DNA of 64,000 bases from the human T2T-CHM13v2.0 reference genome, Homo sapiens: assembly GCF_009914755.1 (NCBI RefSeq), contig NC_060930.1. One strand, written 5' to 3'. This document shows positions 15,449 to 28,663 of this stretch, piece after piece (the first letter of the stretch is position 1; the number at the start of each line of letters is the position of its first letter). A model generated the notes under the pieces. It ran no database searches. It was not told the origin of the DNA and saw only the letters and a program-made list of their open reading frames with translations. The position numbers and the translations under genes are program-made.

Positions 15449-15982
15449 CCAGAATTTGTGAGATATGATTAAAGTAGTGCTGTGAGAGAAATGTTTATCC
15501 TTAATAACTTATATTAGCAATAAAACTATGATCATTGGTCAGATAAGTATTTATCTTAAAACATTATTAATTGAACAGGAGAGTAAATCCAATGAATTAA
15601 AAAGGAAGAGATAATACAAATGAAAGTGAAAGTTAGTACAATAGGGAAAAAATGATAAGGTAGAGATCAACAAATCAAAAAATTTGTTCTTTGGAAACAA
15701 ATCAACAAAATAGACAAATTGCTTGCAAGACCGATCAAGAGAAGAAAAGAGATCACAGAAATAAACAATTTTATGAATGAAAAGTTGAGCACAGCCCTAA
15801 GTAGAGATTACAAGATAACCAAAGGTAATTATAAGATGCATAGGTAGTTCAATTGGGGAAGGATAATCTTTTCAACAAATAGTGCTGAAACAACTGAATA
15901 TCTGTATTTTTTAAAAAGAAAACTTTGATTCTTATATCATACCCTGCATAAAAATTAACTCCAGATGAATCATAGACACAAG
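15449..15982 (+). mobile_element. Ancient L1M ORF2 fragments (two non-contiguous pieces joined near 15835)
   Basis: gagatcaacaaatcaaaaaatttgttctttggaa...; ggggaaggataatcttttcaacaaatagtgctg. Confidence 0.8.
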
Positions 15983-16187
15983 TGATATGGCTCCAACGAG
16001 TGGAGGAACACCAGGGTTCTTGGTCCTCATGCCAGTTTAGATAAAACGACACGGACACACATGGAGTGGTTTTAAGGAGCAGATAGTTTAATAGCCAAGA
16101 AGGAAGAAGAAAGCAGAAGGAAGAGGCTCCCCCATATGGAGACAGGGAAGGGAGAGGGGGATCCAGAGCCGAAAGAGGAGGTCCCCC
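15983..16187 (-). mobile_element. ERV1 LTR 3' part (R-U5), LTR9/MER61-group (HUERS-P3)-like
   Basis: Terminus tgatatggctcc; gataaaacgacacggacacacatggagtggttttaaggagc; ATTAAA on the minus strand; family name from memory. Confidence 0.7.
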
Positions 16188-16615
16188 TTAAATATTATTT
16201 TTTAAAGAACTCATTTAATGTTAAACTTATAATTTCTCTAATATAGTTTTCCTTTTAGGGTTAATAGTAAAAAGCAAAATATCATATATTTCCTTATTTA
16301 AAAATTGAATATCCCAATCTAAACTATATAGAAACACTGGTGTTTTGAGCTAGCTGTGTAGCAATTCTACCATTTATGAAAGAGTGAAAGTGGAATAGAA
16401 CAAGATCATAATGTTAAATTACCCCTTCAACAAAGATATGCACTGTGGAAATGTATAAAGTGATGATAACATGTCTCTTTAAGTTTTTTTGAGAATAAAG
16501 TAAGGTCGCTGTTTTATGTAGACTCATAGAAATATTGAAATTCTAAAACGACATGGTATAATTTTTGAAGAAATCTTCAGTTCCTGAAAGAGGGTAGAAC
16601 AGAGGATGTTTTCTT

Positions 16616-17803
16616 TTTATTTTATTTTTCCAGAGGTTATTGGGGTACGGGAGGTACTTGGTTACATGAGTAAGTTTTTTATTGGTGATTTGCAAGATTT
16701 TAGTGCACCCATCACCCAAACAGTATACACTGCATCATATTTATAGTCTTTTATCCTTTGCCTCCCTCCCACTCTTCCCGCTAAGTCCCCAGAGTCCACT
16801 GTATCATTGTTATGCCTTTGCATCCTCATAGCTTAGCTTCCACATATTAGTGAGAACATACAATGTTTGGTTTTTCCTTTCCTGACTTACATCACTTAGA
16901 ATAATAGTCTCCAATCTCATCCAGCTCACTGTAAATGCTGTTAATTCATTCCTTTTTATGGCTGTATAGGATTCCATCAAATATTTATACACACACACAT
17001 ACACACACCACAGTTTCTTTATCCACTGGCTGATTGATGGGCATTTGGGTTGGTTCCACAATTTTGCAGTTGTGAATTGTGCTGCTATAAACATGTATGT
17101 ACAAGTATTTTTTAAGAATAATGATGTCTTTTCCTCTGGGTAGATACCCAGTAGTGGGATTGCTGGATTAAACAGTAGTTCTACTTTTAGTTCTTTAAGG
17201 AAGCTCCACACGGTTTTCTATAGTGGCTGTACTAGTTTACATTCCCACCAGCAGTGTAGAAGTGTTCCCTGTTTACCACATCCACGCCAACATGTACTGT
17301 TTATTGATTTTTGATTATGGCCATTCTTGCAGGAATAAGGTGGTATCCCATTGTGGCTTTAACTTACATTTCCCTGATTATTAATGATGTTGAGCATTTT
17401 TTCATATGTTTGTTGGCCATTTGTACATCTTCTTTTGAGAATTGTCTATTCATATCCTTAACCCACTTTTTGATGGGATTGTTTGTTTTTATCTTACCGA
17501 TTTGTTTGAGTTTGTTGTAGATTATGGATATTAGTCCTTTATCAGAGGTACAGATTGTGAAGATTTTCTCCCACTCTGTGGGTTGTCTGTTTACTCTGCT
17601 GACTGTTCCTTTTGCCATGCAAAAGCTCTTTAGTTTAATTAGGTCCCAGCTATTTATCTTTGTTTTCACTGCATTTGCTTTTGGATTCTTGACCATGAAA
17701 TCCTTGCCTAAGCCAATGTCTGCAAGGGTTTTTTCAATGTTATCTTCTAGAACTTTTATAGTTTCAAGTCTTAGGTTTAAGTCCTTAATCCATCTTGAGT
17801 TGA
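16616..17803 (-). mobile_element. L1PB1-like 3' UTR and ORF2 end, body of a 5'-inverted element
   Basis: ORF track 16810-17211 and 17364-17840 are ORF2-like; L1PB-type 3' UTR; TSD gaggatgttttctt 16602-16615 and gagaatgttttctt 18340-18353. Confidence 0.93.
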
Positions 17804-18341
17804 GATGATATAAACAAATGGAAACACATCCCATGCTCATGGAGGGATAGAATCAATATTGTGAAAATGACCATACTGCCAAAAGCAATCTACACATTCA
17901 ATGCAATCCCCATCAGAATGCCACCATCATTCTTCACAGAATTAGAAAAAACAATTCTAAAATTTATATGGGACCTAAAAAGAAGCCGCATAGCCAAAGC
18001 AAGACTAAGCAAAAAGAACGAATCTGGAGACATCACACTACCAGATTTCAAACTATGCTATAAGGCCATAGTCACCAAAAGAGTGTGATACTGGTATAAA
18101 AATGGGCACATAGACCAATGGAACAGAATAGAGAACCAGAAAGAAAGCCAAGTACTTAACAGCCAACTGATCTTTGACAAAGCAAACAAAAACATAAAGT
18201 GGGGAAAGGGCACCCTTTTTAACAAATGATACTGGGATAATTGGCTAACCACATGTAGGAGAATGAAACTGGATCCTCATCTCTCACCTTATACAAAAAT
18301 CAACTCAAAATATGGATTAAGGACTTAAACCTAAGACCTGA
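17803..18341 (+). mobile_element. Inverted 5' segment of the same L1PB
   Basis: ORF 17861-18088 ([16 protein letters not shown]...ITLPDFKL) is L1 ORF2 in sense orientation. Confidence 0.93.
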
Positions 18342-18899
18342 GAATGTTTTCTTAATGGTACAGTAATCCTTTACAGTTTAAATAAACTAAAAGGAAACTG
18401 CCTATAATTTATACACTGTTCATTTATATGCATGTAGCTATAATAAAATATAGACTTTCATAGATTCAGTTAGAAATTTGGCTGCCTTCCCAGCAAAAGG
18501 CAAGTATATAAAAACTGAATATCCTCATCTGTTTAACAAGTTGGCCTTGTCAACCCTTAATATATATATATGTTCAGTGATAACACATCTTTTTACTATG
18601 CTGAAACACAGTCTATGTTTTGACACTGATAATTAACAGTATGTATTTTTGTATTCCCAGCTAGACTTCTTTCATGGAGCAAATTGGGCAAATTCTCAGG
18701 TCACTACATAGGCAATAGTCTATTGCCTTATTTTCTGGATATGTTTTCTGTTCTCTGCTCTAATTGAATACATTAAATTAAGGTACTTATCTTCATCACT
18801 TTTAATTTTTTATTTAACAAATCTTCATATTTAATAGGAAACATTATAATGCTAAATGGCAGACTTTGTGGGAGGGCATAAAAATGTGAAGGACAGCCA

Positions 18900-19045
18900 G
18901 CATGTTGTAGAGGAAGAAAAAAGACAGGCTTAAAACCAGGCCACCTCTGAACCTGAAACCCAGACTTGTCACTTACTTGCTGTAAAACTTTAAGAAAGTC
19001 ACTTATCTTGCATAAGTCTCTGTTTTCACACTGAGAAAGGAGGTT
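18900..19045 (+). mobile_element. MIR
   Basis: cccagacttgtcacttacttgctgtaaaactttaagaaagtcactta...gtctctgttttcac. Confidence 0.65.
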
Positions 19046-19090
19046 AAGTGTTAAGCGAATTATATTGTTTGAAATGGGGTGCTCCTGCAC

Positions 19091-19145
19091 CCTTTGATAG
19101 CTCAGCTGGTAGAGCGAAGGACCGTAGACTATAGAGACATCTGTG
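19091..19145 (+). pseudogene. Pre-tRNA-Tyr(GTA) 5' half plus intron, tailless retropseudogene
   Basis: cctttgatagctcagctggtagagcgaaggaccgtag is a tRNA-Tyr 5' exon (anticodon 19124-19126), followed by intron-like actatagagacatctgtg; imperfect TSD 19071-19090 and 19145-19163. Confidence 0.88.
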
Positions 19146-20280
19146 AAATGCGGTGGTCCTCACAGTAGACGATCAAGAATTTTTACCTGTATCTTACAGA
19201 AGAAGAACATTTGAGATAATTAATTTTTTTTTAGCTTTTACTAAAATAATAAATATAGTATTTATCTTGTGTAGGAAATTTAAGCATTGCACAAAAGGTC
19301 CCCAACTAGAGATATACTGTACTTTAAAACAAGCAGCATAATGTGCTTCCATCAGGCAATAGACAAGTAGGCAAAAACATATTTGACTTTTAGGCCTCTG
19401 CTTTGATTACTGAAAATGTGTTGCCTTCTAAGCAGATATTTAGTAATATTTGTTTCTTCTACAGTGGTGTGCAACAACAGTTGTGATTTGACTCATTGCC
19501 TTTCAGTTCCTCAAGCAATATTTGGCTATGTAATAAAGAAGCTTATTAGGCTAACGGTATTTTAAAAGATGTTTAGGGAAAGAGTCAATGTTGGTCTTGG
19601 TAGTCATAGCACATACTAACCCTATGGTCTTTTACAGCTCTCATACTTATGAATTGAATTGACTCCTTGGTGTCTGTTAACCACCATACCATTATGTGAA
19701 TAATTTCATTGCAGCCTTTCCAACTTAAAGCTAATCTTTTTTAAACATGAAAAATAACTTTTATCTCTCACAAATAAGCTATTATGAATGTTTTGAGACC
19801 CCAAGTGTTTTTGAGTTATTAAAATTGTAAGATGGAGCATTTATTGGAATGCGTTTTGTTTAAGACTAATATGTTGGCAATAAAGTTAAAAAAAAGTGCT
19901 ATGGCAAGTGTTTGCTTAATTTTAGTTAGAGAGAAAAACAGTCACTGTTAATGTATTATAGCATTTAATGACACTTCGGTGTGTGATAAAAGCAAAAAGT
20001 ACTTTCCTTAGTTAAAAAGATGAAAATGGCTGACTTTCTTATGTACTCTGAACTTCTTGCATATATAATTTTCTTTTTTTAAAGGTGTAATCTGTCAGCT
20101 AATCAGCAAAGATTTATTGTACACCTTTTCTGCAGTGTATACTGTGCTAGTTGTTACGCAGAATAAGTAAGACAAGGTAAGTGGCTTCCCATCATATTGG
20201 AGAGGCAATCAATTTTCTATGTGAAACAGATAGTAATATTAGCTGATGTATGAGTAAGTGACAAAATTAAAGGTACCAAA

Positions 20281-20538
20281 TAGCATGTCCCAGTGTATTC
20301 TATGAAACATTATTTCTTTGAAATGATCTGGGAAAAAGATTCTACAGCCAAATGTGTTTGAGAAACGTGGCCCACTATATAGCTCTTTTAAAGATTTACA
20401 GCATACTCTAGCATATTAAGGGGTCTGAGGAGGCCTGCAATAAAGATGCCTATAAAAGTTACTTGACTAAGCAATTTTCCAAGCTTATTTGGTCGATGTC
20501 CTGAATATCTCCTACAGGAACCCACTTTAGGAAGTGCT
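20281..20538. mobile_element. Non-autonomous hAT-Charlie-type DNA transposon relic
   Basis: tagcatattaaggggtctgaggaggcctgcaataaaga...ttccaagcttatttg...ggaacccactttaggaagtgct; degenerate terminal inverted repeats. Confidence 0.6.
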
Positions 20539-20997
20539 CCTTGATTTAGAATCTGACCCAACAGAGTGTCCCCTTAAAGGGTGGAAAAAGCTTGCTTTTT
20601 AAGACTAAATGCTGATTTTTAAACAAGTGTTACATTTATAGATGCATTATTGATTCCAGTCGAGACTGTTAGAACTTTCAGGAGGAAAACTTGGCAAGAC
20701 ATGTAAGAGTATAAAATATAAATGCTCTTTAGCTTAGGAATTACACTTCTAGAATTTACTCTTGTTCAAAAGATTTTAATGGCTAAGCCTTGCCTCTGAA
20801 CTAAGAATAATCTCGTCAGCCTGCCATTTAATATCTTCCACAACATTTCCTTACTACAATTTCGGGTATACTAGCATGCACAAATATGTGCTATATAAAT
20901 GAAGAGTAGAGACATATTTACAGAGGCTAGAAAGTTTGGAAAAAGATTCATGGAGAGGGTGGAACATAAAGCAGCCCTAATGGCGCATTGCGGAGTT

Positions 20998-21001
<4 letters not shown>

Positions 21002-21049
<48 letters not shown>
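21002..21049. repeat. (GT)24 microsatellite
   Basis: Perfect GT run. Confidence 0.98.
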
Positions 21050-21053
<4 letters not shown>

Positions 21054-21054
21054 G

Positions 21055-21270
21055 CTGGTGATACTACTCTATCTCAGGCAGGGTTCTAAGTACTTTATTA
21101 CATTATTTCATTTCACAAAACCAACCCATGATATGAATACTACTATTTTTCTTTTTTATTGACATGAAGAGACAGATTTCACAGTGTTCCTTGAGTCACA
21201 CTGCCAGTGAAAGTTTGAGATTGGTAAACCCATTTTAGAGCCTGAAATTTAGCTACGTTGTTTTATTGTG
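21055..21270 (-). mobile_element. MIR
   Basis: caggcagggttctaagtactttat...tactactattttt...gagtcacactgccagtgaa. Confidence 0.6.
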
Positions 21271-22047
21271 ACCAGAATATTTTCTAATTAAGTCCCAGAA
21301 TACAAAATATCTTATAAATCTTGAGAGAAAGTGGGATTTTTTTTCCCCATTGTACTGAAATTTACATTATTTGATTGAGTTTTTGATGGATATAAAAATA
21401 GGAGAAATTATGAACCATTGCCGGTACTTAAATTGTAACTGTACATATGCATACAAAAAAATCAGACTATGTAAATTCTGAACTTCTCTTGGTTGGAGGT
21501 GGAACCAGTTAAACTGAGTATCTGCACCTTCACATTTGACTCTGTTAAATAATTTTATGGTTTCCAACATGGGTAGGATACATACAGAGAAGTTTTGATG
21601 ACTTGCCTATTTGTTTTCTTTTACCATATAATCAGTAAGAATTGAGATTAAGGCATGGTTTGTGAAGCAAGCTAATCTATCCACTCTCCACAGAAGGATA
21701 CATGAGAAGGACATCTATCTTAAGACATTGACTGGAAGACATAGATTGTCTCAAAATCACAAAGACCCTAAGGGCATTCCAAAATTATTTTTTCACATTT
21801 TTAGTCCATTCTTATTAATAAACTGTAAATAATGATAGTGTATGGAATAATCAATTACATGATAAATCTTCTTTTTATTATAAATGGAAGAGAAATATTT
21901 TTCATTGCACAAAATTCTAAAGGATTTTTTTCAAACTTTTTCTTAAATGTATTAGTTAACTGCTATTATCTTAGGAAAATTTCTTCCTTAATTTTGAATG
22001 TCTTTATTATTTGTTTTTTCTTTCATGCATTAGGCTAATACCTGAAG

Positions 22048-22100
22048 TATTACATTATATATTACAATATATATTACATTATATATTACATTATATATTA
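22048..22100. repeat. 12 bp minisatellite (TATTACATTATA) x4.4
   Basis: Direct inspection; one variant unit. Confidence 0.9.
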
Positions 22101-24027
22101 TTTCAGTAAGCCTCAGAAATAATATGTAATATATAAAGAGGACAGAGTAGCTATTAATAAACAGCCATTATGCATTCAATATTTTAGGTGTTGGATATCC
22201 AAATGAGAAGAGGAAGTAAAAGACATATAAGGAATAGAGAACAATCAAAACATTGGTTGTTTTATGTTTTTAAAGCTCTCAAATCTCATTGAATGCAGTA
22301 AACTGACCAAGAACTTCTTGTTTATCTGGTATCCAGTTTCATTTGGCATTGTGCGGCGACTTCTTTCTGAGAAAATAGCAGAAAATCTGAAGAATTTTAA
22401 AACTACAAACAAAAGCCAAGTGATGACATAGATTTAGTAGAACATAACACAACCTCCTAACCTCCTAAATATTCTCTATAATACAATGCTATGCAATGGC
22501 ACATGACATGATTGCAGTGCCATGATGCAGAGCAATGTCTTGCGGTCTCAGAGAAAAAAGTCAATTTTATGTATGATTGTTTTCATGGAAAATATATTCA
22601 ACTCAAAGTTTTCAAAATTGCTAATTTATATATGCATTTGTATATTATATTTTTTATACATAGGAAGTTGAATATCCAGGTTAAAAAAACATTTAAAAGA
22701 AAATTAGTTGGTCGAGCAAAAGAAGCAAATGTGTAATATTTGACCATGCCAGTTTTTCGTTATTTACCTAATTATGTATATGAGTTTTCAAAAATTAGAA
22801 CTTCCAGATTAAAAAGTTTGTAACCATTTTCTATAGTTTCTCTAAAGAAATGAAAGCATAAAAATTACAGTTTCAAAGATAAATGTCAATCTTAATTTCT
22901 AGTACCTGGAATTTCCACATTTATTTTTGCGGGAAAAAGAAAACTATTGTATATAGTAAACCTTAATGTGCTTTAATAGACTTTGTATTGTGTTTTAATA
23001 GCAGGTCTATTTATTGAGATTTATTGAAAATAAAACTATTAAGACAATTAACTTTATAAGCTAATCCATACTTACAATATTTTTTCTATGTTTCAAAAAG
23101 TATTATTTTTGAAATTATTTGTTTCAGAAATTAACCATTTAAAGCATGTTCATGCATATCTTCATTTGTGGTCTTTTGTTATGTCTGTTCTCAAATCTTG
23201 TACTATATTAATTGGCAACATTAATCTGTTTCCACAATAATTATAGTTTTAAAATTTCTTTTGTTCAAGATTTAAAAATTTGTAAAACATTGCTAGTGTT
23301 TATCAGAATTTGAATAGCGTAAAATTTTTTTAATAATAATATGAAATAAAGTAAAATAAGATACTTTTTACTTTAAAACAATTATGCAGAGGATAATTGT
23401 TGTCTAGTTTTCTTAATAGTAAATTAGATTTATTTTTAATTAAGTTGTGGTTGTACATTGGTGTAAAATGTCTGTTCCTTCCCCCTTATATTTTTCTGGT
23501 TTATGCACTCAGAAGATAGGAAATAACCAAATAGAAAAAGTTCAGCTTTATTTTATTTATGTATAAAATAAGAATGTTTAATCTTCCAGAAAAATGCATT
23601 GTTTGGATTTAGTTTATTATCTAAACAGTAAAGCAAGATATTTAATGTAAGCAAGTTTTTCTATTTAAAGAAATTAGTAATTATTTCAGGCATTTGTTTT
23701 TAATGAATATTTTGAAGGTATTATGGAGATACTTTCTCCTTAAGTTGCATAACTGTACATTCAATATATACCTTGCATCTCTTTAGCAGTTATCAAAATT
23801 TTAGGGCTAAAAGACCACTTTGAACAAAATTTCTAGAAACTCGTTACTTACATGCTTTAGCAGAAATTTAAATCATGAAGTTAAATCTACTCAGTTTCTC
23901 AAAAGCACCTGTTATCTCTGACCCAAGGCCTTTGTCACAGTTGATTCTTTTGCTTAACACAGCAGCTCTTCTCCCCTTTCCTGCTCTTTTCATTTAGCTA
24001 ATCACTGTTTCTCCTTTTGAGTCTCTG

Positions 24028-24355
24028 TGTATTAATCCAGATAGGTTATGTTATGATGCATTAAAACAAAAAGACTAAATCTTAGTGACTTGGCATAACA
24101 AGCTTTTTATTCTCATTCACACAAGCCTATCGTGGATTGACATGTCTGTCTGTCATGAACTGCTGTCATTAATGTGTCGCTTTCCAGTTGTTCCATCTTG
24201 TGATACTTCCATCTTAACATGTAACCCTTCAATAGCTGCACAGAGAAAGACAGCATGAAAAATCATGCAACACTTTTAAAGTACTTATTTCTGGAAGTAT
24301 AATTTGCCCAAGTATTCAAGAAGAAGAAGGTTGGTGGGCATTAGTCATGTCCACT
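24028..24355 (-). mobile_element. MaLR LTR (old MLT1) inserted in an L2
   Basis: tgtattaatccagataggttatgttatgatgc...aaatcttagtgactt...ttttattctcattcac. Confidence 0.65.
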
Positions 24356-24399
24356 AAACCTTGCATAAATGAAACATTTTCTTGTCTTTTTTTGATCTC

Positions 24400-24670
24400 T
24401 GTTCTGCCCTCAGCCTTCTCCAGATGCTCTCATAACCACGTGTTCTTTCTTTTTCATAGTCATTATTATAATGAATTGTTTGTCTAACTTTTCCCCTTCT
24501 ACATTGTAAGCTCCATGGCTCCATGACTTCTGTGACTACATCTGCTTTTTCTCTCCACTTTGTCCACATTAACTGGCAAACAGTAACCAGCCAAATATAT
24601 TTATTATATATTAAATATATATGTGTTATATATTTAATCTATTTATTAAATTAATGAACTAATGAGTTTC
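24400..24670 (+). mobile_element. L2 3' end
   Basis: ttgtttgtct...ctacattgtaagctccatgg...actggcaaacagtaa. Confidence 0.6.
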
Positions 24671-24949
24671 TATGGCTTGCAATCTTCCAGTTAGAGTGCT
24701 AAATGCTTAAGTTGGATTTATGTTGATTTCTTTTGGATCTCCCATGGTTTCATGTATGATTTTCACATGGTATGCAACAAATAAATTATTAATGTATGAA
24801 TCAAGTATATATTTAGAACATCTTATATGCTTGACCTATTTTGAGGAAATCCATCTTAGGGAATTATTATCTCTCAGTATAAGTAAGAGAAAACTTCGAC
24901 TTTTGGCAGCCAGAAATAATTTTTCCATGATATTTTTGTCAACCTCCTC

Positions 24950-25320
24950 CCTCACCCAATTAACAAAACCCTTATTATAGACCTACCATGGTAAAGACGA
25001 TGCTAGGAATTTGCTGGAGGAAAAATGGGAGAAGACAATTCAAAGGAATGAGGCATGATCTCTGTCCTCAAAGAGATGACCATCTCTATCTGTTAGGGAT
25101 AAGATGTACATATAACTGTTGAAGGAAGAAGTAGAAGTACAGCATAAGGGATACACACTGGGACTATGAATTCTGGATCATGAACTGTATCTTAAAGCTA
25201 GGAATATCCAGGAAAATTTTATGAATGAAGTAACATTTGATCTGGGCCGTAAATGCTTGGGCACATTGAAAAGGGCAGAAGACCATTCCAAACTGATGAA
25301 AGTATAAAGATCTTCTACTA
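24950..25320 (-). mobile_element. L2 fragment
   Basis: ggcatgatctctgtcctcaaagagatgaccatct...gtaacatttgatctgggccgtaaa. Confidence 0.6.
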
Positions 25321-25339
25321 TATCTACATTGATTAAGTA

Positions 25340-26063
<724 letters not shown>

Positions 26064-26420
26064 GTAGAAATATAGTCAATGCCCCATTTTATATATATAT
26101 ATATATATCAATCACAGATATATAATTTCTAAGGGAGTTGGTGTTAGAAAATTAAGATACAACTCAAGTTTATTCACTATAGGTGTGTCTGACACATTGT
26201 GCTTCTAGTTCACTCTCTGTCTTTCTCCTTTAAATCTAAGACTATGAGATTTAATAGATATGTAGAAGAAACCCAAGGCCCACATAGTGTGATGCCCAAA
26301 TAGTAGACAGTAAGTAGACTGCTAATTGTTTGGCTAACATTTGATCACCTTGCTCCACAATATTTTACAAATTGATTCCTCCTCACATTAGTCAGAAAGA
26401 AACTTAAGACTTGCATGTTC

Positions 26421-26738
<318 letters not shown>

Positions 26739-28500
26739 ACTTGCGTGTTCTTGAAAGCAGTATGAAACATTCAACTCACCAGTCTAATTGGAGTTTTTGT
26801 CTATATGATACCAAATTATTGATAGGCTTTTAAGAACTGAAGTGATATAGTTTGATATAAAGCAGATGAGAAGTTACATTAAAGAAGCTTATGCAAACAT
26901 ACATTTAAATGTTAGTCTAAGAAGAACACACTTTAACTGCTCTTTCTCACATATTCAATTACACAAAAATGATAGTTTATGTTTAGGAGGGATCTATATT
27001 ATCAGTAGGATGAATACTCATCTTGGAGGCTAATATTTGTGGTCAGCTGTATGGGTTAAGACAGCTATGTGAGTTACGGAATCTAAGGTTTCAGTATTCT
27101 GATGATTATGGTGGTGTGTGAGTTCTTGGTAATGGAAACAAATTATAACCTTTTAACCTTTTGGAAAATTGAGTCCTATGATATCAGATGTGTAGGAAAC
27201 AGTAAAAATAGGGGAAAACACATCCAGTGCAACATATAGGATCTTAGTTAACAATTCTCTCCTTATTTTCAAACACCTGATACATTTAAAGGACCCATTC
27301 TTGAATTTTAGGTAAGAACAAACTGCTGAAATCATTCATATAGTTTTATACTTGGGTTTTAATTTCCTTATGCGTTAGGATGAGTCAAACTTCCTTGTTT
27401 CACAGCCCCCACTTTATAAAAAATAAGTTCGCTGTGAATTTCAAACATGACCTGAGTGAACAACTTTATGAAAATAATATGCATGTGTAATTACATGCTG
27501 TCAATTCTGTTACATGAGGGAGGATTATCCAGTTTGCATATTAATCACGCTCACAATTTCCTACTTTCTCTTCTGAGTACAATGCTGTTGTAAGGACTGT
27601 ATACTGTGATGAATAAAATGGAAGGAAACAGACACTACCTGTGCTGTAGAAGGTGTGACAGGGTGAAGAATAAAATGGGAGTAAAGTATAGCAACATATA
27701 TCAGGATCATAGAGATCAGCGTGGATAAACCAGAAGATGCGACTGAAATGATGTCTGGAAAGAGCAGCAGAGCAGAATTGATTCCTAGATGTATACTGAG
27801 ACCAACTGCTCTATCTGTCCGACCTCAGTGCAGATGGCTCACTGTGTGTTATCCTTCACAATCACCCTTGACTTCAATTCAGAAAAGAAAAAACCTTAAT
27901 CACTGTGATCATTATTAATATTATTAATAGGGTATTGATTTGCTTCTGTTTTTGCTCTTGTAACACAATTCATGATTTGGCAACTCTAGGACTTTTAAAA
28001 CCTGATACTAATTGATAGAATTTTTAAAAATAGAAATTGGATGGGAGAGTTAGGCTAGAATTGCTAATAATTAGAGTATATTTAGAAAACTATATGCATT
28101 TGCTTATTTTTTAATGTTAAACTAGAAAAAATAAACATAAATTAGTTTTAATACCTTTGCTGAGATAACTTGTTGGGTAATCAAAAATCACAAAATGTAG
28201 CTGGTTTATTATATTCTCTCACCTTAAATGTGGCAGATTAATTAAGGGCTGATATATTGGTTAGCACTAATTTTCTAACTTCAGTTGTGTAGCTGATGAA
28301 GTTTCATTTTCCTCTAAATGGGTGATGCTATAAGGAAGGGTGGTAGAGCTTAATGCTGCCTGTCACTTCTTACCATACAGAGGGAAAGAAAGGATATGAT
28401 CACCAGTCAAAAAAGGAAGCTACAGGTTGTAGTTCTCATCTCTGTACACAGGTTGTAGCATAAACTGATACAAAGAAGTAAGTGGAATCACCCCCTTAGC

Positions 28501-28663
28501 CCATGGGCCCCATAGAAAGCGGAATACTCTCCCGGGGTTCGGAGGAGGCAACACTTCTACCAGGTTCCAACAGATGCACACCATGGGTCCTGTAGAAAGC
28601 TGAATCCTCTCCGGGGGTTCAGAGGAGGCAACACTTCTCCTAGCAGGTTCCAACGGGTGTACA
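28501..28663. repeat. Tandem duplication of a GC-rich 80/83 bp unit
   Basis: Units 28501-28580 and 28581-28663; about 11 substitutions plus a 3 nt indel. Confidence 0.92.

Larger units (their letters stand above)
14728..16187 (-). pseudogene. Chimeric retroposed transcript (LTR R-U5 + antisense L1M + MER4 LTR + A tail)
   Basis: TSD ttaaatattatt at 14716-14727 and 16188-16199; degenerate tail 14728-14743 starts 14 nt after AATAAA; TT/AAAA target site. Confidence 0.8.

Noticed and set aside
19091-19145. Functional tRNA gene
   Set aside because: No 3' exon, T-loop/B box or terminator.
28501-28663. CRISPR-like or coding repeat interpretation
   Set aside because: Eukaryotic DNA, only two abutting units, no spacers, and unit lengths are not multiples of three.
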